Positions 1 through 9,866 of a stretch of 51,861 nt of DNA are shown in pieces (the first letter of the stretch is position 1; every line of letters starts with the position of its first letter). The position numbers were made by a program, and so were the translations under genes. The notes beneath the pieces are model-generated. The model was not told the origin of the DNA and did not search any database. It was given only the letters and a program-made list of their open reading frames with translations. The stretch is from a virus (lineage: Duplodnaviria > Caudoviricetes): IMG/VR virus record IMGVR_UViG_3300038560_000034, positions 1 through 51,861 of that record. One strand, written 5' to 3'.

Positions 1-127
1 GGGCGCGCTCCCGCAAGCCACGATCCGTAACTTCGGCTAACCCAAGTGCCAGGCCACCACCCGAAAACGGCTCAGAAGGCAAGTATTGAGCACGATTTCC
101 GCAAGGCAAGCGAGCGAATCAGTCGAT
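1..127. repeat. Terminal direct repeat, left copy (circular assembly overlap)
   Basis: 1-127 is identical to 51735-51861; 127 is a common assembler k-mer size. Confidence 0.95.
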
Positions 128-469
128 GGTCTCTAAAATCTCCACCGTCGCAACCTGCGCCCTCAGTCTCCATTTCGAATCTCGCCACCGTCGCTTAGCC
201 GTGATCGGCTCGACACCGAGCAGCTCGAACCCAGCCTGCGTGAGCGCCCATTGTCGCGCTCCAATCTTCGCGACCATCCCAAGCTCACTTAGTCGCGCTA
301 AGCGATAGCGCAACGTCCGAGCGCAACGCAACGATCGTCCGGGCTTGTGCAGATCCTCAGCGCTCGGCCACCAGCCGTGATGATGACAATGCCTATACAG
401 CCGGCAAAGCATTGTCGCCCAACTTTTGCGCTGGAGTGTGAGTAATGCGCGTGCGCGCGAGACTACCAT
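119..469 (-). CDS. Putative winged-helix DNA-binding protein
   Basis: PSAEDL...RTLRYRLARLSELGMV...WALTQAG resembles a wHTH recognition helix plus wing. Confidence 0.5.
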   Translation of the reverse strand: MVVSRARALLTLQRKSWATMLCRLYRHCHHHGWWPSAEDLHKPGRSLRCARTLRYRLARLSELGMVAKIGARQWALTQAGFELLGVEPITAKRRWRDSKWRLRAQVATVEILETID

Positions 470-675
470 TGCCGTGAGGATTCGGTTAGTGCGCAGAGTA
501 AAGTCCTGCTCTCCCCTCTGTACGCGTGTTCAAGCGCGTGAAATCAGGCAGAATCAGCCAGGGTATGGCAACCCTCCGACCCCTCACCGGGACTGAGGCC
601 AGCGAGCGAGTGACGTACTAAAACCAACGAAGCCCAGAAAAATTACAACATAAATATAAGCGAGGTAAGCAAGCC

Positions 676-888
676 ATGAGAGTTGTCGAGCCGTTACGCT
701 CGGAGTTGGTGCAGATGATTATCGACTCACACAGTGATCCGAAGGTCTGTGAGAAGTTCGGCATGGAGCAGCGTGGATACGTGGCGTACTGGGTCGATCA
801 CGTCTGCACGGCAATTAACCAGCGCCTTGAGGAGCACGCGCCTGGGATCAGTAAGAGGAGCGCAACGCCGATGGAGGAAACGGAGTAG
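676..888 (+). CDS. Hypothetical protein
   Basis: ATG with GAGG upstream; protein-like composition. Confidence 0.65.
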   Translation: MRVVEPLRSELVQMIIDSHSDPKVCEKFGMEQRGYVAYWVDHVCTAINQRLEEHAPGISKRSATPMEETE

Positions 889-941
889 CGACAAAGGGGG
901 GCGAGAGCTTACCTGACGACTCGGTTAGCCAGTGGGAACAG

Positions 942-974
942 AGAAGCCGTCCTCAGTGATTCGGGGCGGTTTCT
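942..974. terminator. Hairpin, possible terminator between convergent genes
   Basis: AGAAGCCGTCCT pairs with GGGGCGGTTTCT (with G-U pairs); lies between 676..888(+) and 1007..1219(-). Confidence 0.5.
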
Positions 975-1006
975 TGCTTGGTAGCAGTAAATATTCCACG
1001 GGGAAC

Positions 1007-1219
1007 CTATTGCGCTGGGGTGGGGTTTTCGGCTTCATCCATCTCAGCAAGAAGATTCTGATAGGCGAGGATCGCGCCGTTGAATTGCTGCGCGATATTG
1101 AGATGTCCGTCGCGCTGTTGCGTGGCTTCCGCGATTTTCTTTTCAAGGTTAGCGCGCGACGTTGGCTCGGTCTTCTCGGGTGGTTTTCCGTTCGTCGAAA
1201 CGGTTTTGAGTTTTCCCAT
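1007..1219 (-). CDS. Small coiled-coil hypothetical protein
   Basis: Heptad-like LEKKIAEATQQRD...LAYQNLLAEM. Confidence 0.6.
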   Translation of the reverse strand: MGKLKTVSTNGKPPEKTEPTSRANLEKKIAEATQQRDGHLNIAQQFNGAILAYQNLLAEMDEAENPTPAQ

Positions 1220-1256
1220 GCGGGGACTTTCGGCACCGAGCGGAACCTAGCCTAGT

Positions 1257-1583
1257 ATGTCGGGAACACAAGGCAGTGGAGATCGCAATGTTGCGTGGCA
1301 GGCGCTCCGCGAGGCGCTTGCAGCGCTCCAAGTCGTTGAGCCGCTGCAAAATAAAACGGCGCTTGGAGGCGGGAATTACTGGGTCGTAACGGGCCAGTAC
1401 ATTTCGACGGGGCAGACACTCGTGCCGATTCAGTTGCCACGTACGCCCAGTGGGATCATCGTGGTCGATAATTCAACGGGCGGCGTCGTCTTCCGCAATT
1501 CAACGGACGTAGCGGCGTCGGGGCCGAGTACGTATGCGTGCCGCGCGACGACGGCAACGTCGGTCACGGCCATTGTTATCTAG
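1257..1583 (+). CDS. Putative small tail/virion protein
   Basis: First gene of a tightly coupled operon with GNAT and ejection-type genes; beta-rich C-terminus (LPRTPSGIIVV). Confidence 0.5.
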   Translation: MSGTQGSGDRNVAWQALREALAALQVVEPLQNKTALGGGNYWVVTGQYISTGQTLVPIQLPRTPSGIIVVDNSTGGVVFRNSTDVAASGPSTYACRATTATSVTAIVI

Positions 1584-2000
1584 GTGATCGTTCGTGCTCC
1601 GGTTCCATCCGACGCGCGTGAGATTCGGCGCATCGCCTGGGAAAACAACCTCCCGGTTCACTGGCACTGGCCGCCCGGAAAACATGGGCTTGTGGTCGAG
1701 CACGACGGCCGGCTCCTTGCCTTCACGATTATCTACGAATCGGTGTACGGCCTCGTCATTGACGAACTCTGGGAGGAGCAGTCCAAGGACGGCTTCCGCG
1801 GGCTTTCGGTGCTCAGCAAGCACCTCGAAGGCGTGGCGCAGCGACTTGCGGATGAACGCGATGAGCCTCTGATGATCGGTGGGGTCGTGCGCATGGATAA
1901 AGAGCGCCATCGTGCGGCGCTGCGGAACCGCGACTACACCGTGGAGGCCGAAGTGCTCGGCAAGCTGTTCTTGCCAAAACGGCTGCACCGTGCGACATGA
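1584..2000 (+). CDS. GNAT-fold protein (positional analogue of T7 gp13)
   Basis: MIVRAPVPSDAREIRRI...LVVEHDGRLLAF...IDELW pattern; precedes the ejection proteins. Confidence 0.6.
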   Translation: MIVRAPVPSDAREIRRIAWENNLPVHWHWPPGKHGLVVEHDGRLLAFTIIYESVYGLVIDELWEEQSKDGFRGLSVLSKHLEGVAQRLADERDEPLMIGGVVRMDKERHRAALRNRDYTVEAEVLGKLFLPKRLHRAT

Positions 2001-2009
2001 GGCCGTAGC

Positions 2010-2582
2010 ATGTCCTCGCTTTTTTCCTCGCCCTCGAAGCAGGCGCAACAAGCCGCCCAAACCGCTGAATCCGCGGCAGCAACCGAAATTGGCTCCCCCG
2101 GGCCCGTCAATGTCCCGAGCGCCGATGGAAGCTCGACGACCATTTCGCCGACCGGGTCTGGCCTTGAAGGCTACGTGCAGCAGGGAGAAGAGGCCGAGCA
2201 AGCCGCGATCGCGGGCCTCGGGGAGAGCCCGTATCTTGCGGCGGCCGGAGCGATGAATCCAAGCGGGTATGCGGTCAATCCGAGCAGCACGGTAACGTAC
2301 GGGGCTCCGACGCCACCCGGAGGCGTCACCCCGAGCCAAGCGGCGCCGACTGTTTCACCATCGGCTGCCAATGCATTTGCGCCCACGTCCTCGTCGTCAT
2401 CAACGCGCTACGCGCAGCCGGTCGCACGACAAACACCCGCCCCGGGAAGCGCCGCAACGACGAGCGTGGCTCAAGCAGTCCCCGCGACTGCACCTGCGAA
2501 TGCGGGCGGATATTCGAATACCTACGGGACGATGACGGCAGACGGTCAGTGGATCGGCAACGGCACCGGAGGCGGGGCGTAA
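2010..2582 (+). CDS. Putative internal virion / DNA ejection protein
   Basis: MSSLFSSPSKQAQQAAQ start; rich in A/G/S/T/P; synteny. Confidence 0.55.
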   Translation: MSSLFSSPSKQAQQAAQTAESAAATEIGSPGPVNVPSADGSSTTISPTGSGLEGYVQQGEEAEQAAIAGLGESPYLAAAGAMNPSGYAVNPSSTVTYGAPTPPGGVTPSQAAPTVSPSAANAFAPTSSSSSTRYAQPVARQTPAPGSAATTSVAQAVPATAPANAGGYSNTYGTMTADGQWIGNGTGGGA

Positions 2583-3515
2583 GTGGCCGATACCGACCTC
2601 AACTTTCTCGAAGGCGATGAAGGCGGCCAATCACAAGGCGGCGGTGGCTTCAGTGGTCCTGGGGGCGGCACGATCTACAATGGGCAAGTTCAGGACCCAA
2701 GCGGTGCCGTTTTTGGCGATGAGATGGCGGGCGGAGGCGGCTACGGTGCTGCCGGAAACGCGCTCGCTTTTCCGCAGATTCAATCACAAGCCCAATCCGG
2801 GACTGCGCCGGCGAACGCAGCGACAACGCCGAGCGGCGGCACAGCGTCGGGCCTACCAACGGCATCCGCCGTTCTTGGTACGGCTCCGCAGCCATTGCAG
2901 GCCTTCGGCGGCATTCCGCAGGTCAATCCGACGTACGCCGACCCGAATCAAAATCTCGGGTATGCGCAAGCCTATCAGCAACTCATGGACCAAAGTTTGC
3001 AGCCGACGTTTCAGGCGCAAGATCAATCCGAGCAAGATCAACTCGCCGCGCGTGGCATTTCATCCTCGGGTGCAGCCCAAGATTTAACGAACCAGTTGTA
3101 TCAAGGCCAAGGCGCAACGGTAGCCGGCGCAAATGCGCCCATCGTGCAGCAAGCCTATGGGAATACGCAGCAAGACATTACCGGCAACGTCGCAAGCGCA
3201 AACAACGCTGCAGCGACGAACGCGGGTTACTACAACGAGGCCCTGACCGGCAACGCAAATCTCTACAACACCTACGAGCAGACTCTTGAGCAACAGGGCT
3301 ACAATACGGGCAACGAGGAGTTGGTCGCCTACCTCAACAGCTTCAATCCAAGCAGCGGTGTGACGAGCGCGTATAATACCGCAACGGGTGGCGCGCAGGG
3401 CGCGGCGAGTAACGCGTTTAGCTCCGCGAATGCAGCGGGAGGCAGCGCGCTCGGCGGCGTTGCGGGTGGCCTCGGAACGTACTTTGGAGATGCAGCAGAA
3501 GCGGCGGCCGCATGA
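2583..3515 (+). CDS. Putative internal virion / DNA ejection protein
   Basis: Rich in Q/A/N/G; QLAARGISSSG motif; Gly-rich hydrophobic C-terminus. Confidence 0.65.
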   Translation: MADTDLNFLEGDEGGQSQGGGGFSGPGGGTIYNGQVQDPSGAVFGDEMAGGGGYGAAGNALAFPQIQSQAQSGTAPANAATTPSGGTASGLPTASAVLGTAPQPLQAFGGIPQVNPTYADPNQNLGYAQAYQQLMDQSLQPTFQAQDQSEQDQLAARGISSSGAAQDLTNQLYQGQGATVAGANAPIVQQAYGNTQQDITGNVASANNAAATNAGYYNEALTGNANLYNTYEQTLEQQGYNTGNEELVAYLNSFNPSSGVTSAYNTATGGAQGAASNAFSSANAAGGSALGGVAGGLGTYFGDAAEAAAA

Positions 3516-5110
3516 GCGCCGTCGATCAATCTGCCTATATCCCCGCTCCGCAAGCGCTTCCCGCTCCCGCGCCGACACAACAGGTTGCAATGGCCCCCCC
3601 GGTCGGCTTTCCTCCGCCCGTACCACCCGCAGTTGCTGCGCGCAAGCGCAAAGACGAGAAGAAAGACGTCGCAACCAAAGTCGGACGTAAGGTCCTCAAC
3701 GCGACGCAGAATCAAGGCCCAACGCCGCCTGCGAATCCGCTCGCAACGCCGTTACCCGCAGCGCCCGTGCAAAAGGCTGCTGTTGAGAGCGCGCCGCTCG
3801 GCCCAGACGGGAAACCGCTTCCCGCGCCACAAGAGCGCAACGTCGATTTTAAGCCCGCGCAATATAAGCCGCCGAACAAGGGCTTAGAGTACGCAGCACT
3901 CGCGCTCACGCTGCTTGCGCCGGGAACGAAGATCGCACAAGCCGCTGCGCAATTCGTTGGCGGACTCAACAAGGGCTCAGAAGAGGCCTATCAGCGCAAC
4001 GAGCAGCAGGCCGAACAGAAATACAAAGTCGATCAGGCGAACGCTGAGAATGAATACAAGAACGCGGTCGCGCGTTACGGCGCGGCTTCCGATGAAGCGC
4101 ATCGCGCCTTCGTCAATCAGCAGTCGGTCAACGGCGCTGACTTCGCAACGGCGGAAGCCGCCTGGCAAGCCAAAGTCGCCGGCATTCGACAGAAGCAAGA
4201 ACTCTGGACACAGGGGCTAATGATCGGCCCGAAGGGCAACGCCATCCCCGTTCCATTGCCGCCTGCGCTCGCAAAGCCACTTGGTCCGAACGCAACACCG
4301 CAGGCAAGTTTTCAGCGCCAGAACGCAATCGCCGACTTCTATGCAAAGAACGGTATCACGGGTGCTCCTGCGCAACGCGCGGACCGCCTTGCGCAAACGT
4401 ATCAATCCTTTATGATTGACCAGTATAATCAAGGCCGCGAAGATGCACGGCATGCCGATACCGAGAATCGTGAGGATACGCGGCAAGCGCGGACGTTTGC
4501 GCACGAAGAATATCTGCGACGACTCGAAGACCCAACGAAGAAAAACCAGGCAATGTCGGCAGCATTTGCTGCGCGCAACGATTACTATAACTTCATGGCT
4601 GATTCAACTAAGCCGAAGTTCGATAAAGACGGCAACAAGATCGCGGGCCCCGATATGTCGGCGGACGACAAGGCGGCGGTGCAGCCATACATTAACAAGA
4701 TTCTGCGCGACCCTGACCCGATGGGGATGAGCAAACACTATGCGGAAACGTCGTCGCTCACGGAGGCCCAGAAGCAAGCGATTAACCTTGCGGGCCAGTA
4801 CGGTTACGCACAGCGGTATGCAACGGACCCGCGTTCAATCAAGCCGCGTAGCGAGGCGTATTACGATGCGGTCGATCGCTCCAATGCAGCCGCCGCTGCG
4901 AAGCGCGCCGATGCAACGCTTGCGAAGTCCGGATTGAATCTTCGCGATCCGCAAGTCGCAGCCGAGATAAAGAAATTCAAGGACGCGGGCGTGCCTATCG
5001 ACGCCGACGCTATTGCGGCAATTAAGAAAGACCTCAAAGACCTCGCTGGGCAACGCGGAACGGCGGCATTCAACGCATCGGGAGTTGGGGAAAGCCAAGT
5101 AGGATTCTAG
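3512..5110 (+). CDS. Putative internal virion / DNA ejection protein
   Basis: 532 aa, helical, A/Q-rich; ATGA-coupled; synteny. Confidence 0.6.
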   Translation: MSAVDQSAYIPAPQALPAPAPTQQVAMAPPVGFPPPVPPAVAARKRKDEKKDVATKVGRKVLNATQNQGPTPPANPLATPLPAAPVQKAAVESAPLGPDGKPLPAPQERNVDFKPAQYKPPNKGLEYAALALTLLAPGTKIAQAAAQFVGGLNKGSEEAYQRNEQQAEQKYKVDQANAENEYKNAVARYGAASDEAHRAFVNQQSVNGADFATAEAAWQAKVAGIRQKQELWTQGLMIGPKGNAIPVPLPPALAKPLGPNATPQASFQRQNAIADFYAKNGITGAPAQRADRLAQTYQSFMIDQYNQGREDARHADTENREDTRQARTFAHEEYLRRLEDPTKKNQAMSAAFAARNDYYNFMADSTKPKFDKDGNKIAGPDMSADDKAAVQPYINKILRDPDPMGMSKHYAETSSLTEAQKQAINLAGQYGYAQRYATDPRSIKPRSEAYYDAVDRSNAAAAAKRADATLAKSGLNLRDPQVAAEIKKFKDAGVPIDADAIAAIKKDLKDLAGQRGTAAFNASGVGESQVGF

Positions 5111-5111
5111 C

Positions 5112-7469
5112 GTGTCGGCTGTCGATGACCTCATCGCATCGCGCAAGGGCTCATCACCGGAAGCGGCGGGCGGGAGCGCAGTCGATGCGCTCATTGCTTC
5201 TCGCAAGAGCGGCGGTGGCTCGACGTCAGAGAACGTCTTTCTCGCAAAAGGAAAGCAAGTCGGCACGAGCGTCGGCAAAGCGCTCGATGCGCAACGCTGG
5301 GCTGCGGCCAAACTCGCAACGGGCGAATCCGACACCGATAAGCAGATGACCAAAGAGCGCGAGATGGTCGGAACGCAAGGCGCGTATGAAGCGCTCGGCA
5401 AGGTGCCCGGCGTCGGCCATTTCTTACAAGGAACGAGCGACGTCATCCAACAGACCGTGACCGACCCGCTCACCTACGAAACACTCGGCGCTGGACCCGC
5501 ACTGCGCGCAATCAAGATCGGCGCAGACGGCTTGCCGCTTGCCGAACACATCGCGCAGGGCGCAATGAAAGCGATCAACGCAACGCCGTACGGCCGCAAG
5601 CTCTACGACTTCACGCACTGGGGCGGCGAGGTCGCGCGCGAGCAAGGGCCGGAAACCGTCCAATTCATTCGCGGTGCGGCGAACAAAGCGTCGAGTGCGG
5701 GAATGCGCGTACAGCAGCACTTGGAGCGCCGTTTCGATGCGGTTACGAAGCCGCTCAGCGACGAAGAAAAAGTCCAAGTCGGCCAAGCTCTCAACGGTGA
5801 ATCGAAAGCCGAGGACCTCGCGCCCAAACTCCAATCGGCGTATCGGCAACTACGGACGCTCACCGAACTCGATTACAAAATGCGCACGAATGTCACACGT
5901 TCGATCCTGTTCAATAGCCTCACGAAAGGCTTGCCGCAGGAACAGAAGTCCGCGCTCATGGCGGCGCTGCGATCGGGCAAAGCTCCGGCCGGTGATCTTG
6001 AACCCTACTACTCGCGCATTCAACGCGAACTTGAGGAGCAAATGCCGCGCCGGGAAAACTACCTTCCAACCAAGCACGAAAAAGCGCCTGAGGCTCCAGA
6101 AGGTACAGAAGCAAAAACGATCAACGCAGCGGAGCACTTCGACCCGCGTACGCTCGAACGCGAGCAAGTGAAAGTGGAGCGGCCCGAACAACTCTCCGAA
6201 GGCTTCGGGGCAATGGCGAGCAACGCGGGTCGTCAAGCACAGGTCGGCGTCATTCACGACTCGCTCGGCGAACTGCTCGATGATCCCAAAGTCTCAAAGC
6301 TCTTTGAGAAGACGCTGAAGGCAACGGGCGGTAAAGCCACGGACCTCGATAAGATCAAGGACCACTGGAAGGCACTCGTCGGGTATCCGCGCGCGGCGAC
6401 CGTTTCGTTGACGCCGCGCCATGCTGCGAACATTTTGGATCTGTTGGCGAACACTGTCGGTCCGGATAAGGCTCCTCAAGTTCTCAAAGAAACGATGAGC
6501 CTCGCCACCGAACTGATGAAGGCCAAAGGCGTCATCCCCGGAGTCAAGGCGGACCCGAAGAAGTACGTCGCGCTGACGAAAGAGGGTCGTGACCTCGGGG
6601 CCATCTCGGGCGAGTTCGTGGAGCGCACGCCGTTCTTCCAGAAGTTTCCCACCTGGGTTCCAGGCGTTGGCGGGAAGAGTACGGGACCGCTCGGGGCCTG
6701 GACGCGGACGAACAACGCGATTGTCTGGGCGATAGACGAAGCTGCAAAAATATCCTATGCCCGAGCAATCGCCGCAAGCGGTGAGGCCACTGGCCTACGT
6801 GCCGGCGGCCTGGCTTCATCTCGGCTCGTCGATTACTCCCACGTATCTCCGATGATCGAGAAACTTCGCTACGTTGCTCCTTTCGGTACCTTCCGTGGCT
6901 CGATTCCCGGCGCCGTTGCCGGTGGCGTTGCACGTAACCCAGCGCGCGCGGCATTTCTTAATCGCGCGAGCGGCGGCACGATGTACGGCGGCAAGCCCGA
7001 CCGTAAGCAGCATGGCATCGAATTGTTGAATCCAACGGCCGACGTTTCGCGTGGCCTCGATGCGCCTCAGGACTATCTGCGTTCGACCATCGGCGCTCCG
7101 GTTCAGGCGGTGGCAACCCTCGGCGCGGAAGCGATGACCGGAAACCCACTCGCGTCGATCAAGGAAACGGGCCAAGAGATTGCCGCAATTCCCGGCCAAG
7201 TCGCAAAGGGCCAATTCAGCAAGATCGGCACCGAGCCGAAGCAGTCCCCGTACGCAAAGGCCGTGGCCGAGCGGGCCGCGAGGTATCTGAACTACCAGAA
7301 CCCCATCGACCTTCGCTGGCTTATCGGCGCCGCCTCGGCGGGCGTCCTCGAAGCGCGAGCGGCCTTGCAGCAACTCGGCATGAGCCAATTCCAGGCACCG
7401 AAGGGAACGCCGCAAGAACGCCTCGGCAAAGAGGCGGCGCAGCAAGTCCTCGGAATTAGCGCGCGCTAG
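5112..7469 (+). CDS. Putative large internal virion / DNA ejection protein
   Basis: 785 aa, helical, A/G-rich; last gene of the block; N-terminal repeat SAVDxLIASRK occurs twice. Confidence 0.65.
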   Translation: MSAVDDLIASRKGSSPEAAGGSAVDALIASRKSGGGSTSENVFLAKGKQVGTSVGKALDAQRWAAAKLATGESDTDKQMTKEREMVGTQGAYEALGKVPGVGHFLQGTSDVIQQTVTDPLTYETLGAGPALRAIKIGADGLPLAEHIAQGAMKAINATPYGRKLYDFTHWGGEVAREQGPETVQFIRGAANKASSAGMRVQQHLERRFDAVTKPLSDEEKVQVGQALNGESKAEDLAPKLQSAYRQLRTLTELDYKMRTNVTRSILFNSLTKGLPQEQKSALMAALRSGKAPAGDLEPYYSRIQRELEEQMPRRENYLPTKHEKAPEAPEGTEAKTINAAEHFDPRTLEREQVKVERPEQLSEGFGAMASNAGRQAQVGVIHDSLGELLDDPKVSKLFEKTLKATGGKATDLDKIKDHWKALVGYPRAATVSLTPRHAANILDLLANTVGPDKAPQVLKETMSLATELMKAKGVIPGVKADPKKYVALTKEGRDLGAISGEFVERTPFFQKFPTWVPGVGGKSTGPLGAWTRTNNAIVWAIDEAAKISYARAIAASGEATGLRAGGLASSRLVDYSHVSPMIEKLRYVAPFGTFRGSIPGAVAGGVARNPARAAFLNRASGGTMYGGKPDRKQHGIELLNPTADVSRGLDAPQDYLRSTIGAPVQAVATLGAEAMTGNPLASIKETGQEIAAIPGQVAKGQFSKIGTEPKQSPYAKAVAERAARYLNYQNPIDLRWLIGAASAGVLEARAALQQLGMSQFQAPKGTPQERLGKEAAQQVLGISAR

Positions 7470-7472
7470 GGA

Positions 7473-7501
7473 TTGACAATCTACTAGGCAGGACCTACTC
7501 T
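7473..7501 (+). promoter_or_regulatory. Sigma70-type promoter
   Basis: TTGACA-N17-TACTCT; GTG of the next gene is 6 nt downstream. Confidence 0.7.
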
Positions 7502-7507
7502 GGATTA

Positions 7508-7768
7508 GTGAGTTGGTTCCAGCGCCTCTTCCGAAAGCCGCTTCGCATCGTGAAGATCGGCCTGCGCTCGAACCAAGGGAACCTCCGCATTGCGACGTTC
7601 CGCATCTATAGCGCGTCTGAGTTTCAGATGTCGGTTGACCGGCTTGATCCCAAAGAGGGCATCCAGTTTTCGATCCCGGTCGCGCGACTCAATACGGACG
7701 AATGTATTTGGATGCGCCCGAGCGTCGAGGACTTCGCGCGTCAAATAGTCGCTTGCGACCAATCGTAA
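7508..7768 (+). CDS. Hypothetical protein (possibly leaderless)
   Basis: ORF directly after the promoter. Confidence 0.6.
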   Translation: MSWFQRLFRKPLRIVKIGLRSNQGNLRIATFRIYSASEFQMSVDRLDPKEGIQFSIPVARLNTDECIWMRPSVEDFARQIVACDQS

Positions 7769-7777
7769 AGGAATCAC

Positions 7778-8440
7778 ATGTTTGCTGAGATAGCCGAAAC
7801 CGCCGTAGGCCTAGGACTCCTCGCCGCATCATCCCCGGTTTGGGTACCGTACGTCGCGAAATTGCGTGTCGCTTACGGTGAGCGCGTGAAGCAAATTCAA
7901 GCCTCACAGGACGCGCGCGACGCGTATATCCCGGTGCAGCAGAAGCGGCAAGAGGAACTCGCAGGGCTTGTTCATCGCCAAGAAGTTGCGAAGCACACAG
8001 CGTACGCAATTCAATCCGAGGCCGCGCTTGCCGTCACGGAAGCGACGATCGAGCACGCGCTATCGAGCGGCGACCTTGCGCTCGCGCGTGATGGCGTCCA
8101 ACTTGCGCTTCCATCTCCGAATGGCGCAGCCAATCCTATTCCTCCCGAATACACGCAGCCTCGACTGCACCAGCCGACTACATACAAGCTAAACGAGCAG
8201 TTCAATCAACGCGCTAAGCATTCAGGAGGTCTGAGCGGGAGCGACCCGTTTCGCGACAATGGCTCGACCTTCTACCTCGACTTACTACGCAACGGGTATC
8301 AGCGTTCCGGCAAGCGCGACGATGAAGTCACAGATGTTCACACAGGAGAACGTATCGCCGTGGAGGGAGAACTTCTCCCACCAGAGTCTGCTGGAGTATC
8401 CGCACCAGTGGGAAGCGTGGAAGACGTTTCTGCCCGATGA
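7778..8440 (+). CDS. Hypothetical protein with N-terminal hydrophobic segment
   Basis: AAAGGA RBS; 220 aa ORF. Confidence 0.7.
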   Translation: MFAEIAETAVGLGLLAASSPVWVPYVAKLRVAYGERVKQIQASQDARDAYIPVQQKRQEELAGLVHRQEVAKHTAYAIQSEAALAVTEATIEHALSSGDLALARDGVQLALPSPNGAANPIPPEYTQPRLHQPTTYKLNEQFNQRAKHSGGLSGSDPFRDNGSTFYLDLLRNGYQRSGKRDDEVTDVHTGERIAVEGELLPPESAGVSAPVGSVEDVSAR

Positions 8441-8458
8441 ATATCCAGGTGGCTATTA

Positions 8459-8650
8459 GTGAACGATAACTGCCGCGTTCAGCTCGACATTCGCGATCTG
8501 CCGCTCGGCATAAAGCCGAAGCTCAAACAGATGGCCCTCGATGCCGACTTGACGCTGACCGAGTACATCAAAGCGGCGCTGATCGACCTCGCCAAGAGCG
8601 ATGAAGAATTCGCCGCTTCGCAGCGCCCAGGATATACGCCGGTTCGATGA
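8459..8650 (+). CDS. Ribbon-helix-helix (Arc/CopG-like) regulator
   Basis: VQLDIRDLP..IKPKLKQMA...LTLTEYIKAALID fits the beta-alpha-alpha pattern. Confidence 0.65.
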   Translation: MNDNCRVQLDIRDLPLGIKPKLKQMALDADLTLTEYIKAALIDLAKSDEEFAASQRPGYTPVR

Positions 8651-8832
8651 AGCGGTATATCGTTGCAATGTCCCAGTTAGTCGCTGCGTATCTCGGGCTT
8701 TGCGTTATGATGCGAGCACGAGCAGACCAAGACGAATGGATCGGTCTCGGTATGATTCTCGTATCGGCTCCGCTCGCAATTATTAACGCGACGTATTTCG
8801 TTCAGGATTTCGGGAAGCGCAAGTATGACTGA
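8647..8832 (+). CDS. Small membrane protein
   Basis: Two hydrophobic segments; ATGA overlap. Confidence 0.6.
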   Translation: MKRYIVAMSQLVAAYLGLCVMMRARADQDEWIGLGMILVSAPLAIINATYFVQDFGKRKYD

Positions 8833-9145
8833 GGCTCAAGGTTGGGCTATCGTCGCCTTTCTGTGCCTTGCGCTCGCCGCGGCGGTCATTGTCTTCGTCG
8901 CTATGCAGATTCTCCCGATCACGAACGCATTCGGCGTCATGCACAAACTCGATGATCTGTTCGATAAGCGAATCAATGCCGTGCTCGACCGTTACCGTGA
9001 GCAAAAGAAAAAAGAGCAACCGCAGATTCCTGACGGAAAGCCGCAGGCACAGGCGGGGACGCCGTTTACGACCGCTCCGTTGATTCACGCTGGCATGAGC
9101 GCGATGGAAGACCAACCAGACGCAACCGACGTGGCTGACGCATGA
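8825..9145 (+). CDS. Membrane-anchored hypothetical protein
   Basis: N-terminal TM helix; coupled to neighbours. Confidence 0.65.
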   Translation: MTEAQGWAIVAFLCLALAAAVIVFVAMQILPITNAFGVMHKLDDLFDKRINAVLDRYREQKKKEQPQIPDGKPQAQAGTPFTTAPLIHAGMSAMEDQPDATDVADA

Positions 9146-9291
9146 GAGATAAAGTCATTGCTGCGGCTGCGGTTGTCATCGTCGTGCAATTCGCGAAGTC
9201 GGCAAAAACGGGCGGCTACTCGCCATTCACGGAAGCCGAATACAAAGACGCGCTTGAGATCGTCCGTGCCGCGCTCGGAGGCATTCACTAA
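9142..9291 (+). CDS. Small hypothetical protein (49 aa, not in ORF track)
   Basis: ATGA overlap; MRDKVIAAAAVVIVVQF...; fills the gap exactly. Confidence 0.55.
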   Translation: MRDKVIAAAAVVIVVQFAKSAKTGGYSPFTEAEYKDALEIVRAALGGIH

Positions 9292-9864
9292 GTGCCGCGT
9301 CGTAGTGCGAAAAACGATCAGCAGGACGGCCAAGAAATCGGCATCCTCATGCTGCCGCCGCCCAAGACAAGTCACAAGCACGAGCACCGCGAGGACCCGT
9401 ATGAATCCCCGCCTGGGGCCGTGCCACACGTCGTTTCGAGTGCGCCACTCAAGCGCAAGCTCACGGCGGCTGAGAAGAAGCAGCAGAGCGAACTGCGAGC
9501 CGAACACAAGATGCTCGCAACGCGCCATGCCGCGTATCTCGATGCGCTCGGCGAAAACGGCGGCGACCGCGTGAAGGCGCTTTCGCATGTGCTCGGCATT
9601 TCCGAGGACGACGTGCGCCCACAACTCCTTGACCTCTTGGCAGAAGTGCGCAGAGGACTTGCCGTGAGTCCGCTCGGAGAACTCCTTGAACGCAACGGTT
9701 TAGACTTGGCCGCACGCGTTAATATCTTGCGCGGCCATGCGTATTCCGATAACCCCGCTGCGTCACTCAAAGCGGTCGATTTAGTTCAGGAGATGCAGGG
9801 GCAAACGTCGGACACGGGTTCATTTGAGAACTACCTTCGCCTCGCCAAAATTTCGAAAGGATAA
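9292..9864 (+). CDS. Probable terminase small subunit
   Basis: Helical 190 aa; C-terminal ARVNILRGHAYSDNPAASLKAVDLV resembles the TerS LKALELL helix. Confidence 0.45.
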   Translation: MPRRSAKNDQQDGQEIGILMLPPPKTSHKHEHREDPYESPPGAVPHVVSSAPLKRKLTAAEKKQQSELRAEHKMLATRHAAYLDALGENGGDRVKALSHVLGISEDDVRPQLLDLLAEVRRGLAVSPLGELLERNGLDLAARVNILRGHAYSDNPAASLKAVDLVQEMQGQTSDTGSFENYLRLAKISKG

Positions 9865-9866
9865 TC

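Noticed and set aside
1-127. 127-bp terminal repeat as a biological DTR
   Set aside because: The length equals a common assembler k-mer and the repeat cuts through the end of an ORF, so it is most likely circular overlap. Real termini need read-level analysis.
642-670. dif-like site (TACAACATAA-ATATAA)
   Set aside because: Only one arm resembles the XerD box; there is no matching XerC arm or palindrome.
5112-5210. Tandem peptide repeat SAVDxLIASRK
   Set aside because: Short N-terminal repeats are common in ejection proteins; there is no sign of an array or DGR, and no reverse transcriptase.
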